DNA of 32,009 bases from Nemertoderma westbladi (GCA_032718475.1 JAUCBJ010007603.1:1-32009); one strand, 5' to 3'. Counted from the stretch's first letter, positions 18,403-29,790 are shown. The notes: generated by a model from the letters alone, not told the origin. Translations and numbers: made by a program.

Positions 18403-20228
18403 CTACTAGGATCGGCATGCTGCATTGCAGCTGCATTTTTAAGAATGCTGTGCCGGCTTATCGACAAAATCGCACCGCCACAACTCCCTATCACCCATGA
18501 CATTTGCTAGATCATCCGCATCTTCAAGGCCAGTGTCCTTTAAGATGCGTCTCAAGAAAGTCATGGGTTGTCCACCATGCTTATTCACTCCATGAGGCTG
18601 CCAAAGTACAAGATTATGCACTGGCTGGTCCTCACGGCGAAAGCAATGTCCTGCAAAGCGGAGCCGATTTTGTTCTAGTGTCAAGCTTGGGGGAACCAAT
18701 GAGACACCTCCAATGTTATATAGTGTCTGGTTGGAGATGTGTGCATTGTACTTGACACAATGTACCCGGCGTAGCATTCTTGTGAATGTGCCATCCAGAG
18801 ATTTGGTGTCCTCAGCAGTTAGAGCCCAGCATGGACTCCCGTAGAGGAGTACTGGAACTACTGCTGCTCTAAATAATCGGACCTTAAGTTTCCGATTAAT
18901 TCTAGGTGACTTCCAAATCCTGGAAAGCCTATTCAAGGCTGCCCATGCCTTTCCCTTACGTATTCGAAGGTCCTCACCTGACTTCCGGATCCATGATCCC
19001 AGGTAACAGAAGTCGTCCACATGCTCAAGCATACCATCCTTTGAGCTTATGCTCATCCGATCAGAGACTTGCTGAGGACTTTCAAAGTTAACTGTCAGAA
19101 TTTTGGTCTTTCTGGAGTTAATAAAAAGACCAACACTAGAAGCAGCATGTTCTAATGAGCTGAGGAGCCGCTGGGCTCCCTCTAATGATTCTGAGAGTAC
19201 TCCTAAGTCATCAGCAAAGTCTAGATCAGTTAGGTACTTGGCAGGATTTCCTCGACTTCTGGAGCCAGTAGGTGGAGTTATCATCACCCCATCATCATTA
19301 TGATGATCTAAGGACATGCGTAGAACATAGTCAACCACAATAATGAACAAGAATGGTGCAAGTGTGTCTCCTTGGAGGACGCCCCATAACACTTCAAATG
19401 GTTCTGTGTCACCGTCAACAGTAGACACAAATGTTGTTGAACCATCGTATACTGATCTGATTGCTGCAATAATTTCATCAGGAATCCCATATAATGAAAG
19501 TATGCTGAACATACGTGAGCGAGAGACTGAATCAAAGGCCTTGAAGAAGTCAACAAAGATAACAGCCAGATGCCTGTCTTTCTTTTTTGATAACTCTTCA
19601 ATTATCCTTCTAAGTGCCAAAATGGGCTCCATGGTCCCACGACCTTTACGGAACCCATTCTGATTTCCACGTAGCAGTCTCTCAATGGGATCCCTGATGC
19701 GATTTAATAGAATTCTATTGTATAGTTTTGCAGCAATCGAGATCAATGAGATTCCCCGAAAAGAACCATAGAGTGTTAGGTTGCCTTTCTTGGGAACTGG
19801 CACCAACTTATTTGTTTTCATTTCTTGTGGGACTCTTGTTGTACGGTACATGTCTACTATGATGGGATAGATGAGCTTTAAACACTCAGGTATTTTAAAG
19901 ACCTCAGGGGGAACACCATCTACTCCACTGGCACGATTGGTCTTAATGCTCTTTGCAGCAGCATTCACTTCTGCAAAGGAGATATCGCCAATGGGAATAT
20001 CTGGGAGTACAGACTCAGACACTTTTACTTCTATAAAGTTATCAGGCAATACCCTGTCATTATTGAGGAGCTTTTCAAAGTGGGCTTTCCAACCATTGAG
20101 GCGATCGGCTGGTGATTCAGCCTTAACCTTGGTGGTTGGTTGGCTTTTCCGCCCAGTAAGCAGATTGATCGATTTCCATGCCTGGGATGATTGCCTGCTG
20201 TCGTCAGCATCATTGATGGCATCAACCT
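18403..20228 (-). mobile_element. 5'-truncated RTE-clade LINE
   Basis: 13-bp TSD AACTTTTACGTCA at 18390-18402 and 20229-20241; ~30-nt 3' UTR and (TAG)n tail. Confidence 0.92.
18439..20226 (-). CDS. RTE-clade reverse transcriptase, N-terminally truncated (no endonuclease domain)
   Basis: FRGISLIS, QNGFRKGR, FVDFFKAFDSV, GVLQGDTLAPFLF, LDFADD, FCYLGS; frame open up to the truncation point. Confidence 0.92.
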   Translation of the reverse strand, partial: VDAINDADDSRQSSQAWKSINLLTGRKSQPTTKVKAESPADRLNGWKAHFEKLLNNDRVLPDNFIEVKVSESVLPDIPIGDISFAEVNAAAKSIKTNRASGVDGVPPEVFKIPECLKLIYPIIVDMYRTTRVPQEMKTNKLVPVPKKGNLTLYGSFRGISLISIAAKLYNRILLNRIRDPIERLLRGNQNGFRKGRGTMEPILALRRIIEELSKKKDRHLAVIFVDFFKAFDSVSRSRMFSILSLYGIPDEIIAAIRSVYDGSTTFVSTVDGDTEPFEVLWGVLQGDTLAPFLFIIVVDYVLRMSLDHHNDDGVMITPPTGSRSRGNPAKYLTDLDFADDLGVLSESLEGAQRLLSSLEHAASSVGLFINSRKTKILTVNFESPQQVSDRMSISSKDGMLEHVDDFCYLGSWIRKSGEDLRIRKGKAWAALNRLSRIWKSPRINRKLKVRLFRAAVVPVLLYGSPCWALTAEDTKSLDGTFTRMLRRVHCVKYNAHISNQTLYNIGGVSLVPPSLTLEQNRLRFAGHCFRREDQPVHNLVLWQPHGVNKHGGQPMTFLRRILKDTGLEDADDLANVMGDRELWRCDFVDKPAQHS

Positions 20229-20470
20229 AACTTTTACGTCAACTAGAGGGGGGAGGAGGGGGGGGGGGGGGGGTGTAACGACAGGTATCTTATAACTTGA
20301 GACCTAATAAACCAGGAGAAAACACAGGTGTATCGTTTCTTAGGAATGTTATTGTGCAGCACAAAGACAGAAACCCGGCAAGGCAATAAACTCATTATGA
20401 CGAACAAAAATCAATTATAATGATAATAAAATGTATTAATGCTATAAAAAAAAAGGTATTTGTGAATCAG

Positions 20471-20517
20471 CGGCGCTCCAAAAAATTTGAATAAAATTCA
20501 AATTTTTCGGAGCGCCG
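20471..20517. repeat. 22-bp-arm palindrome with a 3-nt loop
   Basis: CGGCGCTCCAAAAAATTTGAAT-AAA-ATTCAAATTTTTCGGAGCGCCG, one mismatch. Confidence 0.85.
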
Positions 20518-20970
20518 AACAGTTATATTTTAAATGATGCTCTTTACCCCTTTGTGAAATTGAAATTGCTAACCAATTTATCGGTAGGTTTTTCAATTTG
20601 CTATCTCCATCAATGGGGTTCTATCTCTGTTACATACAATTACACAAACTGGCGAACCAACTTAGTATAACTTAAATAGAAAAAAGTACCATAAATTTAA
20701 ATTTATGTATGATTTATTTTACCCTGGGGCAGCATTATTTGTCAATATTTTACATCCTAGAATATATATTATAATCAGTACTGTGAAATGCAAATAATTT
20801 AGATGGTGGTGGACACTGGGTGGTGGCATAAAATAAAATAATACATGTATAACATAGAGGAAGCACCATATTAAATACATTAATTATAAAGCCGCTAAAT
20901 ATTAATTACCAATGAGACAGGGGTGGGGTGAGAGGGGGCGGGGGGTGGGGGGGGGTGGTCTTGGGGGGTG

Positions 20971-21182
20971 CAGGGGCTAACTGGACGCAATCCTATCCCG
21001 GTCAATTTTAAATTATCAATTTAGGGAAAGGAGCAGGTTTCAGTGGCTTGTTATTCTTACCAGAACAATAAACGAAAGTCAATAGAACTTGTTGTTGCAG
21101 TTTTATATTTCGGAGAAATCAGCTGTTATTTGCACATCGGAAAGTGACGAATTTTGATTGCGTCCAGAGTAAGTCCCCCCTA
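20971..21182. mobile_element. Probable MITE
   Basis: Imperfect terminal inverted repeats GGGGCTAACTGGACGCAAT / ATTGCGTCCAGAGTAAGTCCCC. Confidence 0.5.
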
Positions 21183-22907
21183 TCAGAAAGATTTACTCAA
21201 CAAAAAATAGTGTAAATAAATAAACAACTACAAGGATAAGAGGTCATGTGTAGGAAAGCTAATCAGACGATACCTTTACTAAAATATTGAGCTGCATTGA
21301 TCTGTACATTGTAATGTTGGGTGATGGGGGGGGGGGGGGGGGGGTGTGAGGGGTAGGGGGTGTCTGGGTGGGTTGTTAGTATTAGGGTGCACAATATCGA
21401 CGCACGCGCAGGAATGTGTTGATGTTTAATAGCACCGCATTACCGCGTTAGAAAGAATCCCCAATTGGAATAAATAAATAAATTAAACGCGTTTCGTTAT
21501 GTTCCTCGACTTATATTATTCTCTCCACCACGGACGAGTTATTAGCTGCTAGACAGGTAGACCTAGTCCCCCACAACGGTCATACCTTATCAGAATAGCG
21601 GTTGTACTGCAGCGGTATTTCCCTCTGTTCTCTAACCCACTGCAAGCGCATTGGAGGGGCCGGTATGTTTTAATAACTTCTGGTACAACGGGATGCAGTA
21701 TTACAGCGCAAAGTGAGATTTAATCTGTTCAGAATATTCTGGACGCTAAATTCATATCATTCTCGATAAGTCGGGACTTTACAAAACTCGTGGATAAAAC
21801 CGCGTGTAGCAGAGAGCAGATAAATTGGGTTGAATAGGAAAAACAGAATATATGGAACTGTAAGTGGAACTGCGGCGATGGTGGGGGGGGGGGGGGGGGG
21901 GTTATGCTGAATAGTCAGCCTGTCCGCGATAAGTTCGGCTGCCCTTTTTAGTGGGTTCCAGTTACAAATGAAATACACATTGCAGTTACTAAAATAAACT
22001 AGTGGCGCATATTATTGTACATTTACAACAACAATTATATAAATGCAATATGCCTGATGCCTATTAATGTACTTTGTACCGCCAATTCTGTAATTCAATG
22101 CAAAGCCGCGTTTACTGTACAGCAGCACGTAATATATTTGATACTTATTGTTATTTTATTCGTAATTAAATGTAATCAGTCAGTGTCAGTTCTCCGAGAT
22201 TACTAACTAAAACTAAGTACTTAATTTAGTAGCATTAGCATTCGTTCAGCTTGCAGGGTAGGTCATTTATTAAATTTAATAAATTAATAGACTATATTCT
22301 GGAACATATTATTTGTTTGAAGATTATTAATAACGAGATTAAGTCAATTTACTAGTCGTAGCTACTCATTAAATAATAAAATACCCCGGTATAGTATTTA
22401 TTACAGTACAAACTTGAGTGATTGAAGAGCAATAATCACCATTTACATAGGTAAAAAATGAAATAAAATATTATAAAAGAATACAATAGATTTGGTAGTG
22501 TGCTGTGGTGTACACAACAATAGGTGAACCCGATATCTTGCTAAAATTTCAAATTATATCTTAAAATATAATTTCATAAGTGTTTTAACAGTTTGATTTA
22601 CCAACACCAAACATTGAACCCAATATTATAGTGTCATTTACCAAGTAGAAATTAGAAAGTAAAATAATATCGAAACACTGTTTGTTTCATGAGTTTGATC
22701 TCTTTGTCAGCAGGCAGATAAGATAAACAATCTGCAATATAAATAATTATGGTTAATCAATAACTAGTTTTATAAGTTAATATATATTAATACTGTAATT
22801 TATATTCTAATTTAAAATTTGCATATTCTGAGGATGGTTCTAGAATATAATAACAATGAAAGAATAATTTAATTTTTACCCGTAGAAAACAATAGGATTT
22901 TCTATAA

Positions 22908-23092
22908 AGGCCATGGTACTGTACACCACATGGGCGGCGAGCGGCAGCAGCCACTTTTGGTATGATACACCACAAGAGTGGCGAGCGGTGTATTTGTGGT
23001 GTATCACCCATAGAAAATAATGTGTTCTATTTTTAAAAAGTGGCCGCTCGCTGCTGCCGCTCGCTGCTCCCGCTCGTGGTGTATCATGGCCT
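22908..23092. mobile_element. PIF/Harbinger-like MITE
   Basis: TIRs AGGCCATG..ACACCAC / GTGGTGTATCATGGCCT, TAA TSD at 22905-22907 and 23093-23095, internally palindromic. Confidence 0.75.
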
Positions 23093-23133
23093 TAAATGTT
23101 ACTTTTTATATTTGTATATATTAACTAACACTT

Positions 23134-23862
23134 TTAAACTCTTATTTTCATTTGTATGTGATCTGCTGCCTGAAACACTGTGTAGGTTTTCCAGATCATG
23201 ACAGCTAGATTGTTTTCTCCATTGACATCTTGATCAAATACTGAATCATCATCTACAGTGGTACATTTTCCATACCACCAACCCATTTTCCTTTCAGAAG
23301 CGCAGCTCAAGTTTCCGTCTTTGTCGTTGTCAGTATCTTTAGTGGAAAATATCACACCACTGGGTATCACATTGTAATTAATTTCAGGAGAATGTTGAGG
23401 TCCTTCTATTTCTAACCGATATCCAGTGGCGGCGGAGTCAACACTGAAATAAGAATATTCCACATAATGATTTACATCATCGATCTTCACATCAATCCTC
23501 ATTCGAACTCCGTCTTTAGTTAGTCGGTGGATATTCTCTAGTCCCAACCAAAAACTGCCCATAATATCCCCGAATCCGTGTCTGTAGTCTAACATATACT
23601 GATCGAAATTAGGGGAGTTCATTGATATTCTATTGAATATGACCAACCACGACAGACCAGCTGGTTCCTTGTCACAGAGGACCATGTTATTGAGACCGAA
23701 TTCTTTATTAGGATACGGTCCGGTACGTCCTATTCTGTTACAAATGAGATATTGATCGGCAGAGCATTCATTGTTCTCCCCATATAAATCTCTATGTTTT
23801 TGAAGATTACCATCAATTATCCTATCCATAATTCTCATTGAACTTTCGAATAAAGCTGTAAA
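23134..23862 (-). CDS. Fibrinogen-related domain (FReD; ficolin/angiopoietin-like) protein, last coding exon
   Basis: WLVIFNR, YRHGFGDIMGSFWLGLENIHRLT, FSTKDTDND, GWWYGKC; acceptor TATTTTCCAG at 23863 opens phase 0 into FTALFESSMRIMD. Confidence 0.9.
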   Translation of the reverse strand, partial: FTALFESSMRIMDRIIDGNLQKHRDLYGENNECSADQYLICNRIGRTGPYPNKEFGLNNMVLCDKEPAGLSWLVIFNRISMNSPNFDQYMLDYRHGFGDIMGSFWLGLENIHRLTKDGVRMRIDVKIDDVNHYVEYSYFSVDSAATGYRLEIEGPQHSPEINYNVIPSGVIFSTKDTDNDKDGNLSCASERKMGWWYGKCTTVDDDSVFDQDVNGENNLAVMIWKTYTVFQAADHIQMKIRV

Positions 23863-23900
23863 CTGGAAAATACATATAAACTATTTAAGTCACAGTTACT

Positions 23901-24440
23901 TATTATTTACTGCAGATACTCATGAGTTGATAGTGCTGTATTATTTACTGCAGATACTCATGAGTTGATAGTGCTGTATTATTTACTGCACATACTCATG
24001 AGTTGATAGTGCTGTATTATTTACTGCACATACTCATGAGTTGATAGTGCTGTATTATTTACTGCAGATACTCATGAGTTGATAGTGCTGTATTATTTAC
24101 TGCAGATACTCATGAGTTGATAGTGCTGTATTATTTACTGCAGATACTCATGAGTTGATAGTGCTGTATTATTTACTGCATATACTCATGAGTTGATAGT
24201 GCTGTATTATTTACTGCAGATACTCATGAGTTGATAGTGTTGTATTATTTACTGCACATACTCATGAGTTGATAGTGCTGTATTATTTACTGCACATACT
24301 CATGAGTTGATAGTGCTGTAATATTTACTGCACATACTCATGAGTTGATAGTGCTGTATTATTTACTGCACATACTCATGAGTTGATAGTGCTGTATTAT
24401 TTACTGCACATACTCATGAGTTGATAGTGCTGTATTATTT
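23901..24440. repeat. 38-bp minisatellite, 14 copies, in the FReD intron
   Basis: TATTATTTACTGCA(G/C/T)ATACTCATGAGTTGATAGTGCTG head-to-tail, no spacers. Confidence 0.97.
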
Positions 24441-24545
24441 ATGGATAAAAATTGATTAATAGCGTTAATTGCTGGCTACAGGCTAATCATATCCCTTGTT
24501 CCTATCCCAACTGGTCCTTGAAAATATTTCTAGAATCCTACTGAC

Positions 24546-24647
24546 CTGTGTTATCATTTCTTCCTTGAAATATTGTGTTCCTTGGACGCTCTGAGACGTC
24601 CAACCGACTGCGGCAAGCACAACAATTATCCAGTTAAACTGCATCAT
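24546..24647 (-). CDS. FReD gene first coding exon (signal peptide)
   Basis: MMQFNWIIVVLAAVGWTSQSVQGTQYFKEEMITQ then donor CAG|GTCAGT (phase 0); joins the 23862 exon to give 276 aa; acceptor TTTCAG just upstream of the ATG. Confidence 0.8.
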
Positions 24648-24828
24648 GTTCCTGAAATGATAATTAATATTTGATAATTAGGGAAGAAAAACCCACATCA
24701 GTTACCCTTCGGAAAAATCAACAAGGAATCTTACACTAGACGGGGGGAGGGGGGGGGGGGGGGGGGTGTAGAAGGAGGAGTTCGACAGATGAGTGAGAAG
24801 AAATAATTCGCTGCCATAAATTATTTGA

Positions 24829-25609
24829 TGTTAACGACATACTGACTAACAGGGGGTTGGTATGTATATATTAAATTAAATTAAAGGAAGAACAGGAGTC
24901 TTACACCCCCAATAAAAAATATAGAATCAGGACATTTAGCCCAAAATCAGTATGTCAGTATGTCGTTAACATCAATTATCATCTTATGAAAGTGGAGCAG
25001 AATTCCGACATTACTGCAAATCATAAAATCTTATTTAAATTTTGTACTGTGTGTGTGCCCTAGCATTCCACCAGTTTCCCATTGGTAACATATTTACTTA
25101 CCATAGGCCTATAGGGTTCCTGTGTTCTGTGGTCTGACTTCTGTTTTGGGCTAGGTGGTAACAGAGTTGATGGTGCGATTATTTTAGGTCATTGGTGCAT
25201 TATAGATAGGCTTGGCTAATTCCCTGTCCAGCTGACGAGGTGTCGAGGATTAGCGCGTACTGGTCCAAGACACCGAAACGCAACCATATTTTTCACAAAT
25301 TAATTATTTTTGCCTCAGTCATACCCCTTTCACGGCGACAAAATTGTCATATATTTTCTTATAGAATATAGGCTTAGCTATTGTGCAGTTTATTAACGGT
25401 ATCATTTAGTGTATGGCGGGTAGGCTTAGGGTTAGGGTTGCGACACATACCTGTATGTTTAGCATGTATTTATATTTGTTTGTGTTTGTGTGTTTGTTGT
25501 TCTTTCGATGACCCTAGGGGTCGAGAAATATTTTGGGCTAAATGTCCTGATTCTATATTTTTTATTGGGGGTGTAAGACTCCTGTTCTTCCTTTAATTTA
25601 ATTTAATAT
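24829..25609 (+). mobile_element. Insertion with an inverted, permuted terminal segment; Penelope-like or retrozyme-like
   Basis: 13-bp flanking direct repeat ATAAATTATTTGA (24816-24828, 25610-25622); 83-bp perfect inverted repeat 24865-24947 / 25530-25612; 22-bp inverted repeat 24825-24846 / 24954-24975; internal hammerhead core. Confidence 0.5.
25222..25281 (+). ncRNA. Hammerhead-ribozyme-like core (incomplete)
   Basis: CTGACGA (25232-25238), stem II GGTGTC/GACACC with an extension, then GAAAC; stems I and III do not close cleanly. Confidence 0.45.
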
Positions 25610-26036
25610 ATAAATTATTTGAGCCGGTGAATAGTTGTGTATACCCAAGGGCGGACCAGCCATAAAGTATTACCATTGGTAATTCATAATACCAATTTGC
25701 TGAAATGCATTTTGCGCGTAAGGAAGATTCAACTGTCTGACAAAACGTTCCACTAAAACCATTACATGCCGGATGATATGCTGTTGTTCTGAGACGTTTG
25801 CAACCTAATAATCATCAATCTGATCAGAATACCACAATAATAATACTATATATTCGACTGTAGGCCTATCTCTACTCTGCTGTAATAAGTAATACTGTAT
25901 ATGTAATAATACTGTATACCCTCAACACGCACAGATCACGAATAACCTAGAACAATAAAGAACAAACTGGACGTTACATGAGTGTTCGAAAGGTGATGGC
26001 CAATTTACTAAATGATACTGTATGTTGTCAGAATAC

Positions 26037-26514
26037 ATCGGAAACTCAAGGTCTGATTACTTAGAGCAGCAGTAGTTCCAGTACTCAACTATGGGAGTCC
26101 ATAGAACAGACTGCTAATGACACAAAATCTCTGGATAGCACATTCACAAGAATGCTACGTCGGGTTCACTGTGTCAAGTACAATGCGCATATCTCGAACC
26201 AGACACTATATAACATTGGAGGTGACTCATTGGTTCCCACAAGCTTGGGAGTTGAACAAAACCGCCTCCGCTTTGCAAGACATTGTTTTCGCCGTGAGGA
26301 CCAGCCAGTGCATAATCTTGAGCTTTGGGAGCCCCATGGAGTGAATAAGAATGGTGGACAGCCCATGACTTTCTCGAGACCTATCTTGAAGGACACTGGC
26401 CACGGATAATCTAGCGAAAGTCATGGGGGGGGGTTAGGGAGTTAACGGTGCAATTTTGTCGATAAGCCAGCACAGCATTCTTAATGCACGCTGCATTGGG
26501 CATGCCGATTGTAG
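26037..26514 (+). mobile_element. Degenerate 3' fragment of the same RTE family
   Basis: Homologous to the reverse complement of ~18410-18896 (MLRRVHCVKYNAHISNQTLY...), with deletions. Confidence 0.9.
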
Positions 26515-26940
26515 ATTGATTGGTGGTATACACTAAATTTGTCGATGTACTTCGACAATTTACAGAAATTTATATATATCTGAGAAGTGAATTCAATTTC
26601 TCGCAATATTGCTGAAAGTAATTGTTAGACCTCCCATTACATACAGAATCCAATTTATGCGTAATAAAGCCGAAAGCAGAGATTTTCTCTCACAGTTTCT
26701 TTATTAATTTCTGAATTACTAAATAAATAAATATTATAAGTAAATATAACAAAATAAATGCACTAAATTTCTTTTCTAGGGAGGAGCGGTAATAATAGCA
26801 GTTTATTTTGCGCTATTGCAGAAACTTATAACTGCATATTATACACGAATCATATTGAACGGTCATAAGTAGTAAGTACAAAATACATAAATAAACGAAT
26901 AAAAACACTGTAATATTGAACAGTGCAATAAAGTAGTTAC

Positions 26941-27077
26941 CTCCACTTATTTCTCTTTTATTTCATTTAATATTTACGAATTCAAAGATTCTGTTGACAA
27001 ACAAATTTAAATATTTCCACAAAAAGCAGCAGATAGGTGTGAGTGAGTACGTTAGGTAGACAGTGTGTATGTATATA
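26941..27077 (-). promoter_or_regulatory. Putative FReD core promoter and non-coding first exon
   Basis: Minus strand TATATA ~27072-27077, Inr-like TCACT ~30 nt downstream, donor GAG|GTAACT at 26940; the acceptor at 24652 implies an upstream exon. Confidence 0.35.
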
Positions 27078-27396
27078 GGTATGCTGAATTGCGGTTTACG
27101 AAAAACGACAATAAGACAAGTACAGTAAGTGTGAGTGTGTTGAACAAACTATAACTAAATGTGCTGTATAACTGTAGGTATCGTCATCACGTGCCAGGTG
27201 TCTGAGTTATTTATTAATAATCGTAAATTATTATCCGCGTCTGCAATATCTGCGCAATTCTATGAGGCAAGAAACTAATAGAGTAACGACGAGTGCTTAC
27301 CGATATATTGGTATATACAGTACTTCTGTAATAATATTAACTGCATTTTTATGCAATAAATTAAATTGTGTGGAGCTAGCCATTTCACTTGCAGTG

Positions 27397-27916
27397 AGTG
27401 TGGGGCGAGCCACGAAGTTGGCGGAGCCTTAGCGAATTGACACTGTTAGGGGGTGGGTCAATTTATGCAAATAGTTGTCGTCGTCGTCGTCGTCGTCGTT
27501 GTCGTCGTCGTCGTTGTCGTCGTCGTCGTTGTCGTCGTCGTTACGATTTTGACATGCTAATAACTTTGTCGGATTTAAAGCTGCCAAGTTGAAAATTTGT
27601 AGGTATCAATATGAGCAAAAGTTGAGATTTTTGAGAGACTTTCAGACACCATCAGTGCAATGGTCTCCCGCTAGAGGGCCACATGTCTAAACATTAAATG
27701 CCCTCCCATTTCTTTGCTTTTAATCCGTTTAAGCTGAAACTTGGCAGATATGTATTAGACCATTAGCTGTGACTTTCAAGGGAGGCGAATCCATCTGCAG
27801 TTCTCCAGTCTGCCGCTAGAGGGCCAACGTGACTATTTGCATAAATTGACCTACCCCCTAACAGTGTCAATTCGCTAAGGCTCTGCCAACTTCGTGCTGC
27901 GCGAAGTCCCCACTTC
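27397..27916. mobile_element. Non-autonomous inverted-repeat element with a (GTC)n microsatellite
   Basis: ~65-bp inverted repeats 27411-27476 / 27832-27896 with 2 mismatches; outer GTGGGG / CCCCAC; (GTC/GTT)n at 27475-27542. Confidence 0.8.
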
Positions 27917-28399
27917 GTGTTTTTATGTCTTTAAATAGTGGAGTCCATATGATGCATGGCTAAAGGAACCAAATGTTTACACCAGATCTTATATTGACAC
28001 ACCCCCCTATTTTGGAAATTGGCAAATTTCCGAATTTAATAGAGATTTCAAATAAGCAAGCAGTTTTCTCATATCTTTTCTCAAACTCAAGTTATTACTC
28101 AAAACGTAAGAGCTAGTCTGATTTTTGACAAGACTCTCTTGTCTAATCTCTTCATGAGGCTTCTGCACTTATATTCCAAATTTCGACAAATTTAAACAAA
28201 TATTGGTGGAGAATTGGTGGCGCAAAAAGCTACTTTTGGCCAAATTACAGATCCATTTTGGTGCCAATTTTAAAAATATTTTGTTTGACAATTCTTAAAC
28301 AGTCCAGACGATGTTTATATTCACATTGCAAACAATACGATGAATGACAATATAACGACACCAGTATGTTTGATAATAAATCCCTTCACCCTAAATGTA

Positions 28400-28705
28400 C
28401 AGAGAAAGAATGAAACTACTGTTCGTGAATGTGAGGGCTACAGGACAGGTATGGGTTCGGAGAGTCAAAGAGGCCGCCTGGAGAGGGTCCCACCGTCGCT
28501 AGGATGGACGCGGAGTTACACACGAGCATTGCTATCCCAATTCGCTGTAAAAGAAACCAGTGCATGCGGGGTTCATGGGTAACTCCATAGAGACTGGAAC
28601 CAATCTCTTGGAGGAGGTTGGAAGTTTCCGGTCCGGGGCGACCCAAGGTCGCAAAGGCCACAGGGTGGAAGATGTGGGGCGAGCGACGAAAGTAAGCGAG
28701 CTTAG
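28400..28705 (-). pseudogene. C-terminal fragment of a CRE-like (restriction-like endonuclease) non-LTR element
   Basis: FHPVAFATLGRPGPETSNLLQEIG..TH EPR..FLLQRIGIAMLVCNSASILAT resembles the F.P.A.ETLG..G..QR.SIA.QRGNA..IL.T terminus of CRE-clade ORFs. Confidence 0.65.
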
Positions 28706-28714
28706 GTCCAACTT

Positions 28715-29207
28715 AAACTTAAGGTCCGATTATTTAGAGCAGCAGTAGTTCCAGTACTCCTCTATGGGAGTCCATGCTGGGCTCTAACTGCTGCGGACAC
28801 CAAATCTCTGGATGGCACATTCACAAGAATGCTACGTCGGGTTCATTGTGTTAAGTACAATGCACACATCTCCAACCAGACATTATATAACATTGGAGGT
28901 GTCTCATTGGTTCCCACACGCTTGACACTAGAACAAAATCGCCTCCGCTTTGCAGGACATTGCTTTCGTCGTGAGGACCACCCAGTTCATAATCTTGTAC
29001 TTTGGCAGCCTCATGGAGTGAATAAGTATGGTGGACAGCCCATGACTTTCTTGAGACGCATCTTAAAGGAAACTGGCTTTGAAGATGCAGATGATATAGC
29101 AAATGTCATGGGTGATAGGGAGTTGTGGTGGCGCAATTTTGTCGATAAGCCGGCAAGGCATTCTTAAAAATGCAGCTGCAATGCAGCATGCCGATCCTTG
29201 TAATAGT
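28715..29207 (+). mobile_element. 5'-truncated RTE copy (same family)
   Basis: Closely matches the 3' ~490 bp of the 18403-20228 copy, including the 3' UTR ATGCAGCTGCAATGCAGCATGCCGATCC; possible TSD CCAACT. Confidence 0.92.
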
Positions 29208-29299
29208 ACCAACTGATCAAACAAATCAATATAGTATTGTGTATGTCGATAACGTCCGCCTGTGGTTGCCGCATCCCCATCGATGCATTGGCCCTGTTA

Positions 29300-29790
29300 C
29301 GGATCATCCTTGGGTTGGCGGGTTCGTTGGGGATCATCTTCAGGTCGGCAGGTTCGTCCCGGATCATCTTCGGGTCGGCAGGTTTGTACCTGATCATCCT
29401 CGGGTTGGCGGGTTCGTCCCGGATCATCCTAGGGTCAGCGGGTTCGTCGGGGATCAACTTTGGGTCGGCATGTTCGTCCCAAATCATCCTCGGTTCAGGA
29501 GGTTCGTCCCGGATCATCCTCGGGATGGCGGGTTCATCCCGGATCATCCTCGGATTGGAAGGTTCATCCTGGATCATCCTTGGGACAGCGGGTTCATCCC
29601 GGATCGTCCTCGGATTGGAAGGTTCGTCCCGGATCATCCTCGTGTCGGCGGGTTCGTCCCGGATCATCCTCGGTTCGGAAGGTTCGTACCCGACCATCTT
29701 TGGATCGGTGGGTTCCACTCTTTCCAGGGTGGGTTCGTCCCGGATCATCCTCGGGTCGGCAGGTTCGTTCCGGATCATCGTCGGGTCGGC
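29300..29790. repeat. GC-rich 30-bp minisatellite (~16 copies)
   Basis: Consensus CGGATCATCCTCGGGTCGGCGGGTTCGTCC; accounts for the overlapping repeat ORFs on both strands. Confidence 0.93.

Noticed and set aside
23901-24440. CRISPR-like array (38-bp unit with internal palindrome ACTCATGAGT)
   Set aside because: Units are head-to-tail with no unique spacers, there are no cas genes, and the array lies in a spliceosomal intron
20246-24766. Five plus-strand G-runs as a G-quadruplex system
   Set aside because: Simple homopolymer tracts of unreliable length with no shared context
25426-25439. TTAGGG telomeric repeat
   Set aside because: Only about two units; such motifs are common in dispersed repeats
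27398-27592. Protamine-like Arg/Cys ORF
   Set aside because: Translation of the (GTC)n microsatellite within a MITE
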